DNA of 64,000 nucleotides from an uncultured Chloroflexia bacterium (GTDB lineage Bacteria; Chloroflexota; Limnocylindria; Limnocylindrales; CSP1-4): NCBI GenBank assembly GCA_963813335.1, contig CAWEYL010000001.1:1152001-1216000 (forward strand), read 5' to 3'. Under the pieces are notes generated by a model. It had not been told where the DNA came from. It saw only the letters and a list, made by a program, of their open reading frames with translations, and did not search any database. How positions within the stretch are numbered: position 1 is the stretch's first letter; each line of letters starts with the position of its first letter. Shown piece by piece: positions 49,755-59,747 of this stretch. The translations under genes were made by a program, and so were the position numbers.

Positions 49755-52681
49755 TGGGCATCTCGTTCACCGCGCCGCAGTGGCTGCTCCTGCTGGTCCC
49801 CGCGTTGGCGCTGACGATCGGGCTCCACCTCGCCGCCCGCCGGCGCATGGGCGCCGGGCGCCGCCGCGCCGCGCTCGTCATCCGCTCGCTCCTGCTGAGC
49901 GCGCTCGTCCTCGCGATCGCCGGGTTCCAGATCGTCCTCCCGGTCGACCGCCTGGCCACGGTCTTCGTCGTCGACCTCTCCGATTCGGTCGGCAACGCCG
50001 GTCGCAGCGAGGCCCTGGCGTTCCTGCGAGAGACCCTGCAGGACAAGCCCGAGGGCGACGTGGCGGGCATCGTGGCGTTCGGCAAGGACGCCCTCGTCGA
50101 GCGACTCCCGTCCGAGCTCCGGGAGCTCGACCGGATCGCGTCGGCGCCGGTCGAGAGTGCCACCGACATCGGCGCGGCTCTGCGGCTCGCGACCGCGCTG
50201 TTCCCGGACGACTCGCAGAAGCGGATCGTCCTGCTCAGCGACGGCAACGACACGACGGGCGGCGGCCAGGCGGAGGCATCGCTCGCCGCCAGCCGCGGCA
50301 TCCGCATCGAGACGAAGGCGATCGGGCTCGGGAACGTGGACGAAGTCCTCGTCGAGCGGCTCACGACCCCCTCGATCGCCCGCCTCGGCGAGTCGGTCCA
50401 GGCGATCGCGGAGATCCGCTCGTCCGTGGCGCAGCCAGCCACGGTCCGGCTCTTCGCCGACGGCGCGCTGGTCTCGACCCAGCCGGTCCAGCTCGACGCC
50501 GGCGTCACCCGGGTCACGTTCGACGTCAAGCCCACCGAGGCCGGCTTCCACACGTTCCGGGCGGTCGTCGAGGCGGCCCACGACACCTTCAGCCAGAACG
50601 ACCGCGCCGACTCGAACACCATCGTCAAGGGCGAGCCGCGGACGTTGATCCTCAAGGGCAACGACCAGGTGGCGACCCAGCTGGTCGCCGCGCTCAAGGC
50701 CCAGCGCCAGCAGGTCGACACGATGATCCCCGAGGCGCTGCCGACGGACCTCGCCGGCCTCGCCGCGTACGACAGCATCGTGCTCGTCGACGTGCCACGG
50801 ATCCGGCTCAGTGACAAGCAGCTCGCCGCGCTGCAGGTCTACGTCCGCGACCTGGGCAAGGGCCTGGTCATGGTCGGCGGGGAGGACAGCTTCGGCGCCG
50901 GCGGCTACCAGAAGACGCCGCTCGAGGAGTCGCTCCCGGTCGACATGGGCGTGCGCGACCGCCAGAAGCAGCCCGACATCGCGCTCGTGGTCGTGATCGA
51001 CAAATCGGGCTCGATGGCGGCGTGCCACTGCAACACGTTCAACCGCGGGACGGGGAGCAGCATCGCCGGCGTCCAGAAGGTCGACATCGGCAAGGAGGCG
51101 ATCCTCCGCGCCGCCGCCGCGATGACCGATCGGGACGAGCTCGGCGTCGTCGCATTCAACGAGGCGGCCCACTGGGTCGTCAAGACCCAGCCGCTCGGGT
51201 CGGTGGGCGACCTCCAGGGCCAGCTGGCGACGATCAAGGCCGACGGCCAGACCAACATCTACTCGGGCCTCGATGAGGCCGTGAAGTCGCTCGAGGGGGT
51301 CACCGCCACGCGCCGCCACATCATCCTGCTGACCGACGGGTGGTCCACGTCCGGGCAGTACGACGAGATCCTCAAGAAGATGAAGGCCGACGGGATCACC
51401 CTCTCGACGGTCGGCGCAGGCGGTGGCGCGAACCCGTTCCTCGAGCAGCTCGCGACGCAGGGCGGCGGGCGGTTCTACGCGGCGCCGGACCCGGCCAGCA
51501 TCCCCGACATCTTCCTGAAGGAGACGCAGCAGGTCTCGGGCCAGCAGATCATCGAGGAGCCGTTCTTCCCGATCCAGACCTCGTCCTCGCCGATCCTGCG
51601 CGGGCTCGACCAGGGGCTGCCCAGGCTGCTCGGCTACAACGGCACGACGGCCAAGTCCGCGGCCCAGACGGTGCTGGTCACGTCGCGCGACGATCCGCTC
51701 CTCGCCCAGTGGCAGTACGGCCTCGGGCGGTCCGTGGCGTGGACCTCGGACTCGACCGGCCGCTGGGCCGCGAACTGGCTGGCCTGGCCAGGCTTCGACA
51801 AGTTCTTCTCCCAGCTCGTGAGCTGGACGTTCCCGGGCGACGAGACCGACGGCATCGAGGCGACCTTCCAGACCAAGGACGGGCGGACCTCGCTGCACAT
51901 CCAGAGCGTCCAGGCGGACGGCTCGCCGCGTGACTTCTACCAGACGAGCGCTGTGCTGGTCGGCCCGGACCTGGAGCCGCACGACGTGGCGCTCCCGCAG
52001 GTCGCGCCGGGCGAGTACGAGGCGACGCTCGGCGAGGTCGATCCGGGGGCGTACGCGATCCGCGTGACGCAGACGAAGCCCGGGTCGTCGCCGCTGGGCC
52101 GGACCGTCGGGCTGGTTGCGCCGACGTCCGCGGAGTACCGACTGCTGGGCACGGACGAGGCGTTCCTCGGCTCGCTGCGGGCCGCGACCGGCGGGACCGT
52201 GGTGACGACGGCCCTCCAGCCATGGACGCACGACCTGCGGACCACGAGCCACTTCACCGACCTGTGGCCGCTGCTGCTGATCCTGGCGCTGCTCCTCTGG
52301 CCGCTCGATATCGCGCTCCGGCGCGTGTCGGTCGGACGGCGCGAGCTCGCGCTGGCCCGCGGGTGGCTGGGCGGGTTCAGGCGCCGGCGCCGGGCGACCG
52401 CCCCGCGGACAGCGACCGGGGAGAGCCTGCTCGCCGCGCGGGAACGGGCGACCGGGGCGCCGTCGCGAGCGTCGCTGCGGAGTCCCGGCCCCGCGACGAC
52501 CGAGCCGGCGAGCGAGGGCACGAGCGCGCCGGCGAGGGCCGCCGTCCCTACCGCCACGGATCCGAAATCGACGCCTCCGCCGGCTGCGCCGCCACCGCCG
52601 TCCTCGCCGGCCGGGCCGCCCGCCGATCCGTCCGACACGCTCACCAGGCTCCGCGACAGCAAGCGCGCCCGCGGCCGCTGA
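49754..52681 (+). CDS. Double-VWA + GATase1-like membrane protein
   Basis: DLSDS..LSDG, GGEDSFGAGGY, IDKSGSM..LTDG, WQYGLGRSVAWTSD, C-terminal TM. Confidence 0.88.
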   Translation: MGISFTAPQWLLLLVPALALTIGLHLAARRRMGAGRRRAALVIRSLLLSALVLAIAGFQIVLPVDRLATVFVVDLSDSVGNAGRSEALAFLRETLQDKPEGDVAGIVAFGKDALVERLPSELRELDRIASAPVESATDIGAALRLATALFPDDSQKRIVLLSDGNDTTGGGQAEASLAASRGIRIETKAIGLGNVDEVLVERLTTPSIARLGESVQAIAEIRSSVAQPATVRLFADGALVSTQPVQLDAGVTRVTFDVKPTEAGFHTFRAVVEAAHDTFSQNDRADSNTIVKGEPRTLILKGNDQVATQLVAALKAQRQQVDTMIPEALPTDLAGLAAYDSIVLVDVPRIRLSDKQLAALQVYVRDLGKGLVMVGGEDSFGAGGYQKTPLEESLPVDMGVRDRQKQPDIALVVVIDKSGSMAACHCNTFNRGTGSSIAGVQKVDIGKEAILRAAAAMTDRDELGVVAFNEAAHWVVKTQPLGSVGDLQGQLATIKADGQTNIYSGLDEAVKSLEGVTATRRHIILLTDGWSTSGQYDEILKKMKADGITLSTVGAGGGANPFLEQLATQGGGRFYAAPDPASIPDIFLKETQQVSGQQIIEEPFFPIQTSSSPILRGLDQGLPRLLGYNGTTAKSAAQTVLVTSRDDPLLAQWQYGLGRSVAWTSDSTGRWAANWLAWPGFDKFFSQLVSWTFPGDETDGIEATFQTKDGRTSLHIQSVQADGSPRDFYQTSAVLVGPDLEPHDVALPQVAPGEYEATLGEVDPGAYAIRVTQTKPGSSPLGRTVGLVAPTSAEYRLLGTDEAFLGSLRAATGGTVVTTALQPWTHDLRTTSHFTDLWPLLLILALLLWPLDIALRRVSVGRRELALARGWLGGFRRRRRATAPRTATGESLLAARERATGAPSRASLRSPGPATTEPASEGTSAPARAAVPTATDPKSTPPPAAPPPPSSPAGPPADPSDTLTRLRDSKRARGR

Positions 52682-52737
52682 GGTTTTCCGGACGGCCGTC
52701 CCGACCGGCTTCGCCGAGCGGTGATACCTTCCCCGCG

Positions 52738-53223
52738 ATGTCCCCCCTTCGCCTGGCCGTGGCCGCCCTGCTGATGAGCGCGCTCGTTGCCGGGTGCGGC
52801 GTCGTCAGCACCACGCCACCGGTCCCCAGCCCGGCCGACTTCACGGACATCGCCAACGGCCTCTCGCGCCTCGGCATCCGCATCGACCACGTCGTCTCCG
52901 GCGACGCCGGCTGCGACGACCCTGACCTGGTCCCGACCGCCATCGGCCTCGATGCATCCGGCCTCGACCAGGCCAGTGTGGTCCGGCTCCACCTCTTCAT
53001 CTTCCGGAACCGGGCGTCGTTCGAGAAGCTGCGCGAGACGGTGGATGCCTGCGCACGCAGCTTCGTCACCGACGCCGACACCTTCGAATCGATCGACGAG
53101 TCACCGTACGTGCTCGCCTCGCAGGGGCCGTGGGGCCAGCAGTTCGAGGCGGCGCTCCGGTCGGGGCTGAAGGCCTCTGCCGGCGACGGGGGCAACGGCA
53201 GCGGAGGCTACGGGGGGTACTAG
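52738..53223 (+). CDS. Hypothetical lipoprotein
   Basis: Lipobox VAGC; two further Cys; TGaTACCTT 7 nt upstream of ATG. Confidence 0.7.
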   Translation: MSPLRLAVAALLMSALVAGCGVVSTTPPVPSPADFTDIANGLSRLGIRIDHVVSGDAGCDDPDLVPTAIGLDASGLDQASVVRLHLFIFRNRASFEKLRETVDACARSFVTDADTFESIDESPYVLASQGPWGQQFEAALRSGLKASAGDGGNGSGGYGGY

Positions 53224-53365
53224 CCCGGAGATCACGAGGGTGGTCTGGATCGGAGCGGTGACGTCTGGTGCGGTCCGCTGAGGTGCGCGCCGCGCCGTCC
53301 TTCTCACTCCCGGTGGGACGACCGGGCCACGGTCAGGACCGGGTCCCGGACGGGATGGTTCGGGC

Positions 53366-54100
53366 ATGTCCCTCCCCGACCGCCCGTGGTGGCGCTTGCT
53401 CACCTCGACGCTGCTCGCCGTGGTCCTCGGGATCGCGGTCGTGGCCGGCACCGTCGCCCAGGATTCGGGGGTCGTCGCGCCCCCGGCTCCGGCCGTCCCG
53501 GCCGCCACGCCGGTCCCATCCGGCGAGGTCGAAGGCATCACGGACCCGCCGTCCGACATCGCCCCGGCTCTCGATGCGTCTGACCAGAACGACCTCGCGG
53601 CGCACGTCGGACCGGTGCTCGCGGCCGCACCCGCTGTCGCCCCGGCGGTCGCCGCCCGCCCGAAGCCGTCCAAGCCGCCGACGACCGCCCCCGCAGCGAG
53701 GACCTACAAGGGCCGCAACCACGTCTGGATGCCGGCACTCGGCATCGACAACGCGGTGTCCTGGTACGCCTGCTCGAACTCGTCCTATCCGGGCAACCGG
53801 GTCTACCGCTGGGGCTGTGCGGGCGACAACAACGTCTACCTCTTCGGGCACGCCTCGAGCGTCTTCCAGCCGCTCCATGACGCCTACGTCGACGGTCGCC
53901 TGAAGAAGGGCATGCCGCTCTGGTACGCCGGCGCGGACGGCGTGGTCCACCGGTACGCAGTCTCGTGGTGGAAGGTCACGACCCCGACGAAGGGCGTCTG
54001 GGCCTACGCCGCGCAGTCGAGCGCGAGTCTCACGTTGCAGACCTGCCTGGGCTCGCAGAGCCAGTACCGGTTGATCGTCCGGCTGGCGCAGGTCGACTGA
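53366..54100 (+). CDS. Sortase-family protein (class F-like)
   Basis: N-terminal TM; MPALGID, YLFGHA, LTLQTC, YRLIV (His-Cys-Arg triad). Confidence 0.8.
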   Translation: MSLPDRPWWRLLTSTLLAVVLGIAVVAGTVAQDSGVVAPPAPAVPAATPVPSGEVEGITDPPSDIAPALDASDQNDLAAHVGPVLAAAPAVAPAVAARPKPSKPPTTAPAARTYKGRNHVWMPALGIDNAVSWYACSNSSYPGNRVYRWGCAGDNNVYLFGHASSVFQPLHDAYVDGRLKKGMPLWYAGADGVVHRYAVSWWKVTTPTKGVWAYAAQSSASLTLQTCLGSQSQYRLIVRLAQVD

Positions 54101-54127
54101 GCGGGGCGCCGCGGGCCGCGAGGTGCC

Positions 54128-55294
54128 CTAGACGACCCGCAGCCCGAGGATGCGGCGGGCGATCACGAGGCGCTGGACCTGGCTGGTCCCCTCCCCGATC
54201 TCGGTGAGCTTCGCGTCGCGCATGAACCGCTCGACGGGGTAGTCCGTGACGTAGCCGTAGCCGCCGTGGACCTGGATGGCGTTGTTCGTCGCCCGCGAGC
54301 TGACCTCGGAGGCGAACAGCTTGGCCTCGGCGGCGACCAGGCCGAAGTCGCGGCCCTGGTCCTTGAGCCAGGCGGCCCGCCAGACGAGCGCGCGGGCTGC
54401 GTCGATCTCGGTCGCCATGTCGGCGATCATGAACGCGACCCCCTGGAACGAGCCGATCGGCCGGCCGAACTGCTCGCGCGTCTGCGCATACGGGATCGCG
54501 GCGTCCAGCGCGGCCTGCGCCAGCCCGACCGCCAGCGCCCCGATGCTGATCCGCCCGCCGTCGAGGATGGCGAGGAACGTCTTGAAGCCGCTCCCGCGCT
54601 CGCCGAGCATGTTCGCGGCGGGGACGCGGGCGCCCTCGAAATGCAGCTCGCCGGTCGCCGAGGCGTGGAGGCCGAGCTTGTCCTCGAGCCGGCCGACGGT
54701 GAACCCGGGGGTGTCGGCGGGCACGATGAACGCGCTGATCTCCGGGTTGCGGTCGGGGCGGGTACCGGTCCGGGCGGTGACGATGTAGGTCCCGGCCTGG
54801 CCGGCGTTGGTGATGAAGCGCTTGCCGCCATCGATGACCCACGAGCCGCCGTGGCGGCCGTCGACGTGGCGCGCCGTGGTCCGTGTGCCGCCGGAGTCGC
54901 TGCCGGCGCCGGGCTCCGTGAGCCCGTACGCGCCGATGACCTTGCCCTGGGCCATGGGAACCAGGAACTCGTCGCGCTGGGCCTTCGTGCCGGCCAGGTG
55001 GAGCGGACCGCAGCCAAGGCTCGTGTGGGCCGCCACGATGAGCCCGAGCGAGCCCCAGACCCGGCCGATCTCCTCGATCGCGATGGCATAGGCCAGCGTG
55101 TCGAAGCCGGCGCCGCCCTCGTCCTCGGGGATCGGGATGCCGAGCCAGCCGAGCTCGCCGAGGCGCCGGACGATCTCGACCGGGAAGCGCCGCTCGCGCT
55201 CGTGGGCGTCGATGACCGGCGCGACCTCGGTGAGCATGAAGTCGCGGATGGTGTCGCGCAGCAGCGCGTGTTCCGGAGAGAGGTCGAGGTCCAT
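54128..55294 (-). CDS. Acyl-CoA dehydrogenase
   Basis: YGLTEPGAGSD, KRFITN, LDGGRISIGA, QVHGGYGY, IGEGTSQVQR. Confidence 0.95.
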   Translation of the reverse strand: MDLDLSPEHALLRDTIRDFMLTEVAPVIDAHERERRFPVEIVRRLGELGWLGIPIPEDEGGAGFDTLAYAIAIEEIGRVWGSLGLIVAAHTSLGCGPLHLAGTKAQRDEFLVPMAQGKVIGAYGLTEPGAGSDSGGTRTTARHVDGRHGGSWVIDGGKRFITNAGQAGTYIVTARTGTRPDRNPEISAFIVPADTPGFTVGRLEDKLGLHASATGELHFEGARVPAANMLGERGSGFKTFLAILDGGRISIGALAVGLAQAALDAAIPYAQTREQFGRPIGSFQGVAFMIADMATEIDAARALVWRAAWLKDQGRDFGLVAAEAKLFASEVSSRATNNAIQVHGGYGYVTDYPVERFMRDAKLTEIGEGTSQVQRLVIARRILGLRVV

Positions 55295-55353
55295 GCACGG
55301 CCGAGCGTAGCACCGGGACAGCGCCCGACGGGCGCCGGTGCTAGCCTTCCCGG

Positions 55354-56076
55354 ATGCCCGATCCGAACGCGTCGGTGCCTGCCACCAGCGTGCACATGCC
55401 GACCGCCGGCGCCGGCTCCGCCGGCGGCCCGTCCAGCCTCCGTCGCGACCTGCTCCTGCGCCTCCGCCTCGACGGCCCCTCGTCGCCCGACCAGCTCGCG
55501 GCCCGGCTCGGGGCGTCGCGGACCGGGGTCCTGCAGCAGCTCCGGGCGCTCGAGGCGGCGCAGCTCGTCAGCCGCCAGACCGTGCGCCATGGCGTGGGCC
55601 GGCCGCGGCACCTGTACGACGTGACCGCCGACGCACAGGACCTGTTCCCGGCCACCTACGACGCGCTGGCGGCGGGGCTCCTGGCGGCGATCGGCGCCGT
55701 CGGCGGGGACGAGCTGCTCGAGGAGGTCTTCGCCGCGCGGCGACGCCAGCTCGGGGACCGCGTGCGCGACCAGCTTTCCGAGCGGGTCGCGCCCGGTGCG
55801 TCGCTGGCCGTGCGGGTCCGGGAGCTCGCGGACATCCAGGCCGCGCAGGGCTACCTCGCCGAAACAGTGGTGGATGGCGATGGCTCGATCCGCCTGCGCG
55901 AGCACAACTGCGCGATCTATCACGTGGCCAGGTCGACGCCGGCGGCCTGCCAGGCCGAGCTGGACCTGTTCCGCGAGATCCTCGGCGCGGGCGTGACCCG
56001 CGAGACCCACATCGCCTCGGGCGACCGCTGCTGCTCGTATCGCATCGAGGAGAAGGCGCCGGACCTCGCCGACTAA
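55354..56076 (+). CDS. SufR-like wHTH transcriptional regulator with Cys-rich C-terminus
   Basis: GVGRPRHLY, FPATY, EHNCAI..ACQAEL, HIASGDRCCSY. Confidence 0.85.
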   Translation: MPDPNASVPATSVHMPTAGAGSAGGPSSLRRDLLLRLRLDGPSSPDQLAARLGASRTGVLQQLRALEAAQLVSRQTVRHGVGRPRHLYDVTADAQDLFPATYDALAAGLLAAIGAVGGDELLEEVFAARRRQLGDRVRDQLSERVAPGASLAVRVRELADIQAAQGYLAETVVDGDGSIRLREHNCAIYHVARSTPAACQAELDLFREILGAGVTRETHIASGDRCCSYRIEEKAPDLAD

Positions 56077-56081
56077 GCCCC

Positions 56082-56339
56082 CCTCGCCCTCTGTGATGGC
56101 GCGGCGGTAGCCAGTCGGCCCGTGCTGGTCCGGCCGCGATGCGGCTCATTCATCGATACCGGGCACGACACCCGATAGGACTGCCATTCGACGCCTGAAC
56201 GGCGCCGTTTGCCGGTTCACTCGTGCGTGGCCGAGCGTGGCCTTGGGCTCCAGGTGGTCCGCCCGGGTTGGCCTATCCCGGGGTTTGAGCACGGGATATG
56301 CATGAGCGGCATATCGCCGGCCGCAACGAGAGGCGAAGG
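56082..56339. other. Long imperfect inverted-repeat region between convergent genes (ncRNA or MITE-like remnant)
   Basis: Nested complementary blocks CCTCGCCCTC/GAGAGGCGAAGG, CGGCCG/CGGCCG, GCTCAT/ATGAGC, GATAGG/CCTATC. Confidence 0.35.
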
Positions 56340-56389
56340 CCACGTTCACCGCTACGCCTCCGCGAGGGCGGCGCATCCGCGAGGACCGA

Positions 56390-57442
56390 CTACGCCTCTT
56401 CGCGTTCCACGACGGCGCGGCGCGCCGGCTCGAGCACGGGCGGCGGCACGTCGGTCACGTTGGGCACGAACGACGCGGCCAGCGACGTCTCCGCCGCCTG
56501 CACCTGGTCCGCGACCGACAGGATCCCCAACCGCCCGAGTTGCGCCATCTCGTCGCGGATGTAGGTCTTGAGCATCTCGGGGCCGTCGGTGTTGATCGTG
56601 AAGCGGACCTCGTTGCGCCGCAGCGTGTCGAAGATCCAGCGGAACTCCTCCCAGCCGCTGACGACCTTGGTGTTGAGGTTCGAGGTCGGGCAGATCTCGA
56701 GCACGATGCCGCGCTCGCGGATCATCGCCATCGCGCGCGGGTCGTAGGCCGACTTCACGCCGTGGCCGATGCGGTCCGGCTCGAGCAGCTCGACGACCCG
56801 GGCGATCTCCTCGATCGGACCGGATTCGCCGGTATGCACCGTCAGCCCGAGGCCGAACTGGCGGGCCCGGCGGAAGATCCGCCGGTAGTCGGCGACGCGG
56901 AAGGTCGTCGCCTCGGGGCCGGCGATATCGATGCCGACCACGCCGCGATCCCGCCACGCGATCGCCTTCTCCGCGATGATCTCGTTGAGCTCGTATGGGA
57001 ACGCGCGGTCGAGGCAGAAGATCAGCCCGGGCTTGACCGGGTATTCGAGGGTCGCCTTGTCCATGCCGCGGACCGCGGCCGCGATGATGTGGTCGAGGTC
57101 CTGCTCGCCGCCGCGGTTCCGCTTCATCGGGTTGAAGCGGAGCTCCATCGTCGTGACATTGTTCTTGCGGTACGCCCCGCCGACGACCTCGTAGACGGCC
57201 CGTTCGACGGCGAGCGGGGAGCTCTGGATCAGCTCGGTCCAGTGGAAGAGCTGCAGGTAGCCATCGAAGCTCTGGGTGCGCTTCGAGACCGTGATCATGT
57301 CCCGGAACTCCCAGTAGTCCTTGGTCGGCAGCTTGATGCCCTGGGAGTGGGCGATGCCCCACATGATCGCCGGGGTCACGGCGCCGCCGAGATGGCAGTG
57401 CAGCTCCGCGAGAGCGATCTTGCGGGAGAGCGGTCGGGCCAT
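56390..57442 (-). CDS. Adenosine/AMP deaminase family protein
   Basis: ELHCHLGG, ELRFNP, HTGE, RIGHG, EICPTSN, NTDGP. Confidence 0.9.
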   Translation of the reverse strand: MARPLSRKIALAELHCHLGGAVTPAIMWGIAHSQGIKLPTKDYWEFRDMITVSKRTQSFDGYLQLFHWTELIQSSPLAVERAVYEVVGGAYRKNNVTTMELRFNPMKRNRGGEQDLDHIIAAAVRGMDKATLEYPVKPGLIFCLDRAFPYELNEIIAEKAIAWRDRGVVGIDIAGPEATTFRVADYRRIFRRARQFGLGLTVHTGESGPIEEIARVVELLEPDRIGHGVKSAYDPRAMAMIRERGIVLEICPTSNLNTKVVSGWEEFRWIFDTLRRNEVRFTINTDGPEMLKTYIRDEMAQLGRLGILSVADQVQAAETSLAASFVPNVTDVPPPVLEPARRAVVEREEA

Positions 57443-57457
57443 ACCGGGAGGATACCG

Positions 57458-58651
57458 TCAGCCCGACGCGGGCGCCGAGTGGGTCGAAGGTCCGGGCCGC
57501 AGCTCGACGTGCCAGGTCTCGTCGTGGCGCCCGTCTGCGTCGTTCCAGGCGACGGTCATCGCGTAGACGCCGGGCTGCCACGCGCCGCGGTCCGGCGCCT
57601 CGAACCCGACCCACGGCGTGCCGCCGTGGTTGAAGGACACGCCGCCGGACTGGCGTGCCCCGGCGAGCCGGTCGTCGGGAGCGAGCCGGTCGATCGACGC
57701 GCTCAGGATCTGCGCATGCGAGGTGAGCATCACGCCGAGCCCGGTCGCCCGTGGCAGGTAGGCGCGCGGGACATAGCCAGGCCCGCCGGCCAGGCCCTCC
57801 ACGCTGGCCCCCCAGGCCCTCGCCTCATCGAAGCCGTCGATCGGGAGCGCGCGCAGCCCGACGCCCCGCCCGTCGACGGTGGCGAACGGGCCGGCCAGCA
57901 CCGCGGACGGGTCGCTCGAGGTCAGCGGGACGAGGCCGGTCTCCGTCGGGTACGGCGAGTCGTTCGATGGCGGCGTGTGCTCGGTCGGTCCGGGGATGGC
58001 GACCTCGACGCGCCGGATCGTGCCGTCGACCAGGGCGTCGACGCGATAGGTCCCGGCCGGGAATGCGCTCGATCGGCCCGGGATCGCGAGGACCAGCGGC
58101 CCGCCGGCGACCGTGCCGTCGATCGGATCGGCGTCGACCCAATCGAGGACGCCGTTCGGCCGCACCCGCCAGATCCGGACGTCCTCGGCGACGGCGCCTC
58201 GCTCCGTGGTGACGCCCAGGCCGGCGATCGACTCGCCATGCGTGTCGAGGATCGTCGAGCCGCCCGGCGTGGGCACGCGCGTGCCCTCCGAGTAGACCGG
58301 GTGGGCCGAGCCGGTCGAAGCGGACCGGTCGACGGTGACGAGGTCGATGGCGAAGGACGGGTTCGCGACGGCCGCGCGGCCGACATCCGCCCAGGACAGA
58401 CGAAGCGGCGGCGAGGTCGTCGCCTCGGGCACGGAAGGGGCGGCGGACGCGGACTCGACCGCCGTCGCCGCGACGGAGGTGCCGGCCGAGGCACTGGCCG
58501 CGACCACGGCCTTCGGCCCGTCGGGGTCGCGTTCCCATGGCTTCAGGATGGCCAGGGCCAGGCCGAGGAGGATGACGCCGCCGACGATGACGACCGGGTC
58601 CGTCCGGCGGCGCGGCCGCCCGAGCGGGACCGGATCGAACTCGACGCTCAC
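57458..58651 (-). CDS. Hypothetical membrane-anchored extracellular protein
   Basis: N-terminal TM ending ILKPW, Ala/Ser linker, two beta-rich modules each ending in a (P/A)G.Y.(V/M) motif. Confidence 0.7.
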   Translation of the reverse strand: MSVEFDPVPLGRPRRRTDPVVIVGGVILLGLALAILKPWERDPDGPKAVVAASASAGTSVAATAVESASAAPSVPEATTSPPLRLSWADVGRAAVANPSFAIDLVTVDRSASTGSAHPVYSEGTRVPTPGGSTILDTHGESIAGLGVTTERGAVAEDVRIWRVRPNGVLDWVDADPIDGTVAGGPLVLAIPGRSSAFPAGTYRVDALVDGTIRRVEVAIPGPTEHTPPSNDSPYPTETGLVPLTSSDPSAVLAGPFATVDGRGVGLRALPIDGFDEARAWGASVEGLAGGPGYVPRAYLPRATGLGVMLTSHAQILSASIDRLAPDDRLAGARQSGGVSFNHGGTPWVGFEAPDRGAWQPGVYAMTVAWNDADGRHDETWHVELRPGPSTHSAPASG

Positions 58652-58663
58652 GCGTGCCGCCGT

Positions 58664-59728
58664 CTACCCCGCGAGCGGGACGATCCGGCCCTCGGCGTCG
58701 ATGGTGGCCTGGCGGCGCAGGCGCTTCAGCTCGGCGCCGGGCACCTGGTCGCGCGCGTGGTAGCTCGAGCGCACGAGCGGCGCCGACTCGACATGCTTGA
58801 ACCCGAGCGCCAGCGCCTCGACCTTCATCTCGGCGAATTCGTCGGGGTGGTAGTAGCGCTCGAGCGGCAGGTGCTGGAGCGACGGCCGCAGGTACTGGCC
58901 GATGGTCAGGATGTCGACGTCGTTCGCGCGTAGCGCCTCGAACGCCTCGGTCAGCTCGGGTCGCGTCTCGCCGAGGCCGACCATCAGGCTCGACTTGGTG
59001 TGGACCGTGTGGCCGATCTCGCCCGCCATCTCCTTGGCCCGCCGCAGGACGTACAGCGAGCGGTCCCAGCGGGCGCGCTTGCGGACCGGCTTCTGGAGCC
59101 GCTTCACGGTCTCGAGGTTGTGGTTGAGGATGTCGGGCCGGGCGTCCATCACGGTCTGCAGGCGGTCGTCCGCGCCGTCGAAGTCGGGGATCAGGACCTC
59201 GATGCCCATCCCGGGCGACTGCTCGCGCATCGCGAGGATGGTCTCGGCGAAGATCCGCGAGCCACCGTCAGGGAGGTCGTCGCGGGCGACGCTGGTGACG
59301 ACGACATGCTCGAGGCGCATCGCCCCGACCGCCTCGGCCACCCGTCGCGGCTCGTCGTCGTCGAACCAGGTGGGACGACCGGTCTTGACGGCGCAGAACC
59401 CGCAGGCCCTGGTGCAGGTGTCGCCCAGGATCATGATCGTGGCGGTGCGCTGATCCCAGCACTCCCCGATGTTGGGGCAGTGAGCCTCCTCGCAGACCGT
59501 GTTGAGCGCGAGGCCGCGCAGCAGGCCCTTGAGGTCGTGGTAGTTCTCGCCGGACGGCATCCGGGCGCGGATCCAGTCGGGATGGCGACGCGGGGCGACC
59601 GATCCGTCCGCCGCGGTGGCGGCCGCCAGCCCTCCGCCCAGGGCGATGGGGAGGTCCGGCCGGCCGTGCGCGCCGCCGTGGCCGGCGCCGTCGCCGGGCG
59701 GGGTGAAGATCGGGAGGTCACGACCCAT
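58664..59728 (-). CDS. lipA: Lipoyl synthase
   Basis: [27 protein letters not shown]. Confidence 0.97.
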   Translation of the reverse strand: MGRDLPIFTPPGDGAGHGGAHGRPDLPIALGGGLAAATAADGSVAPRRHPDWIRARMPSGENYHDLKGLLRGLALNTVCEEAHCPNIGECWDQRTATIMILGDTCTRACGFCAVKTGRPTWFDDDEPRRVAEAVGAMRLEHVVVTSVARDDLPDGGSRIFAETILAMREQSPGMGIEVLIPDFDGADDRLQTVMDARPDILNHNLETVKRLQKPVRKRARWDRSLYVLRRAKEMAGEIGHTVHTKSSLMVGLGETRPELTEAFEALRANDVDILTIGQYLRPSLQHLPLERYYHPDEFAEMKVEALALGFKHVESAPLVRSSYHARDQVPGAELKRLRRQATIDAEGRIVPLAG

Positions 59729-59747
59729 GGCCGGAGTGTACGACCGA

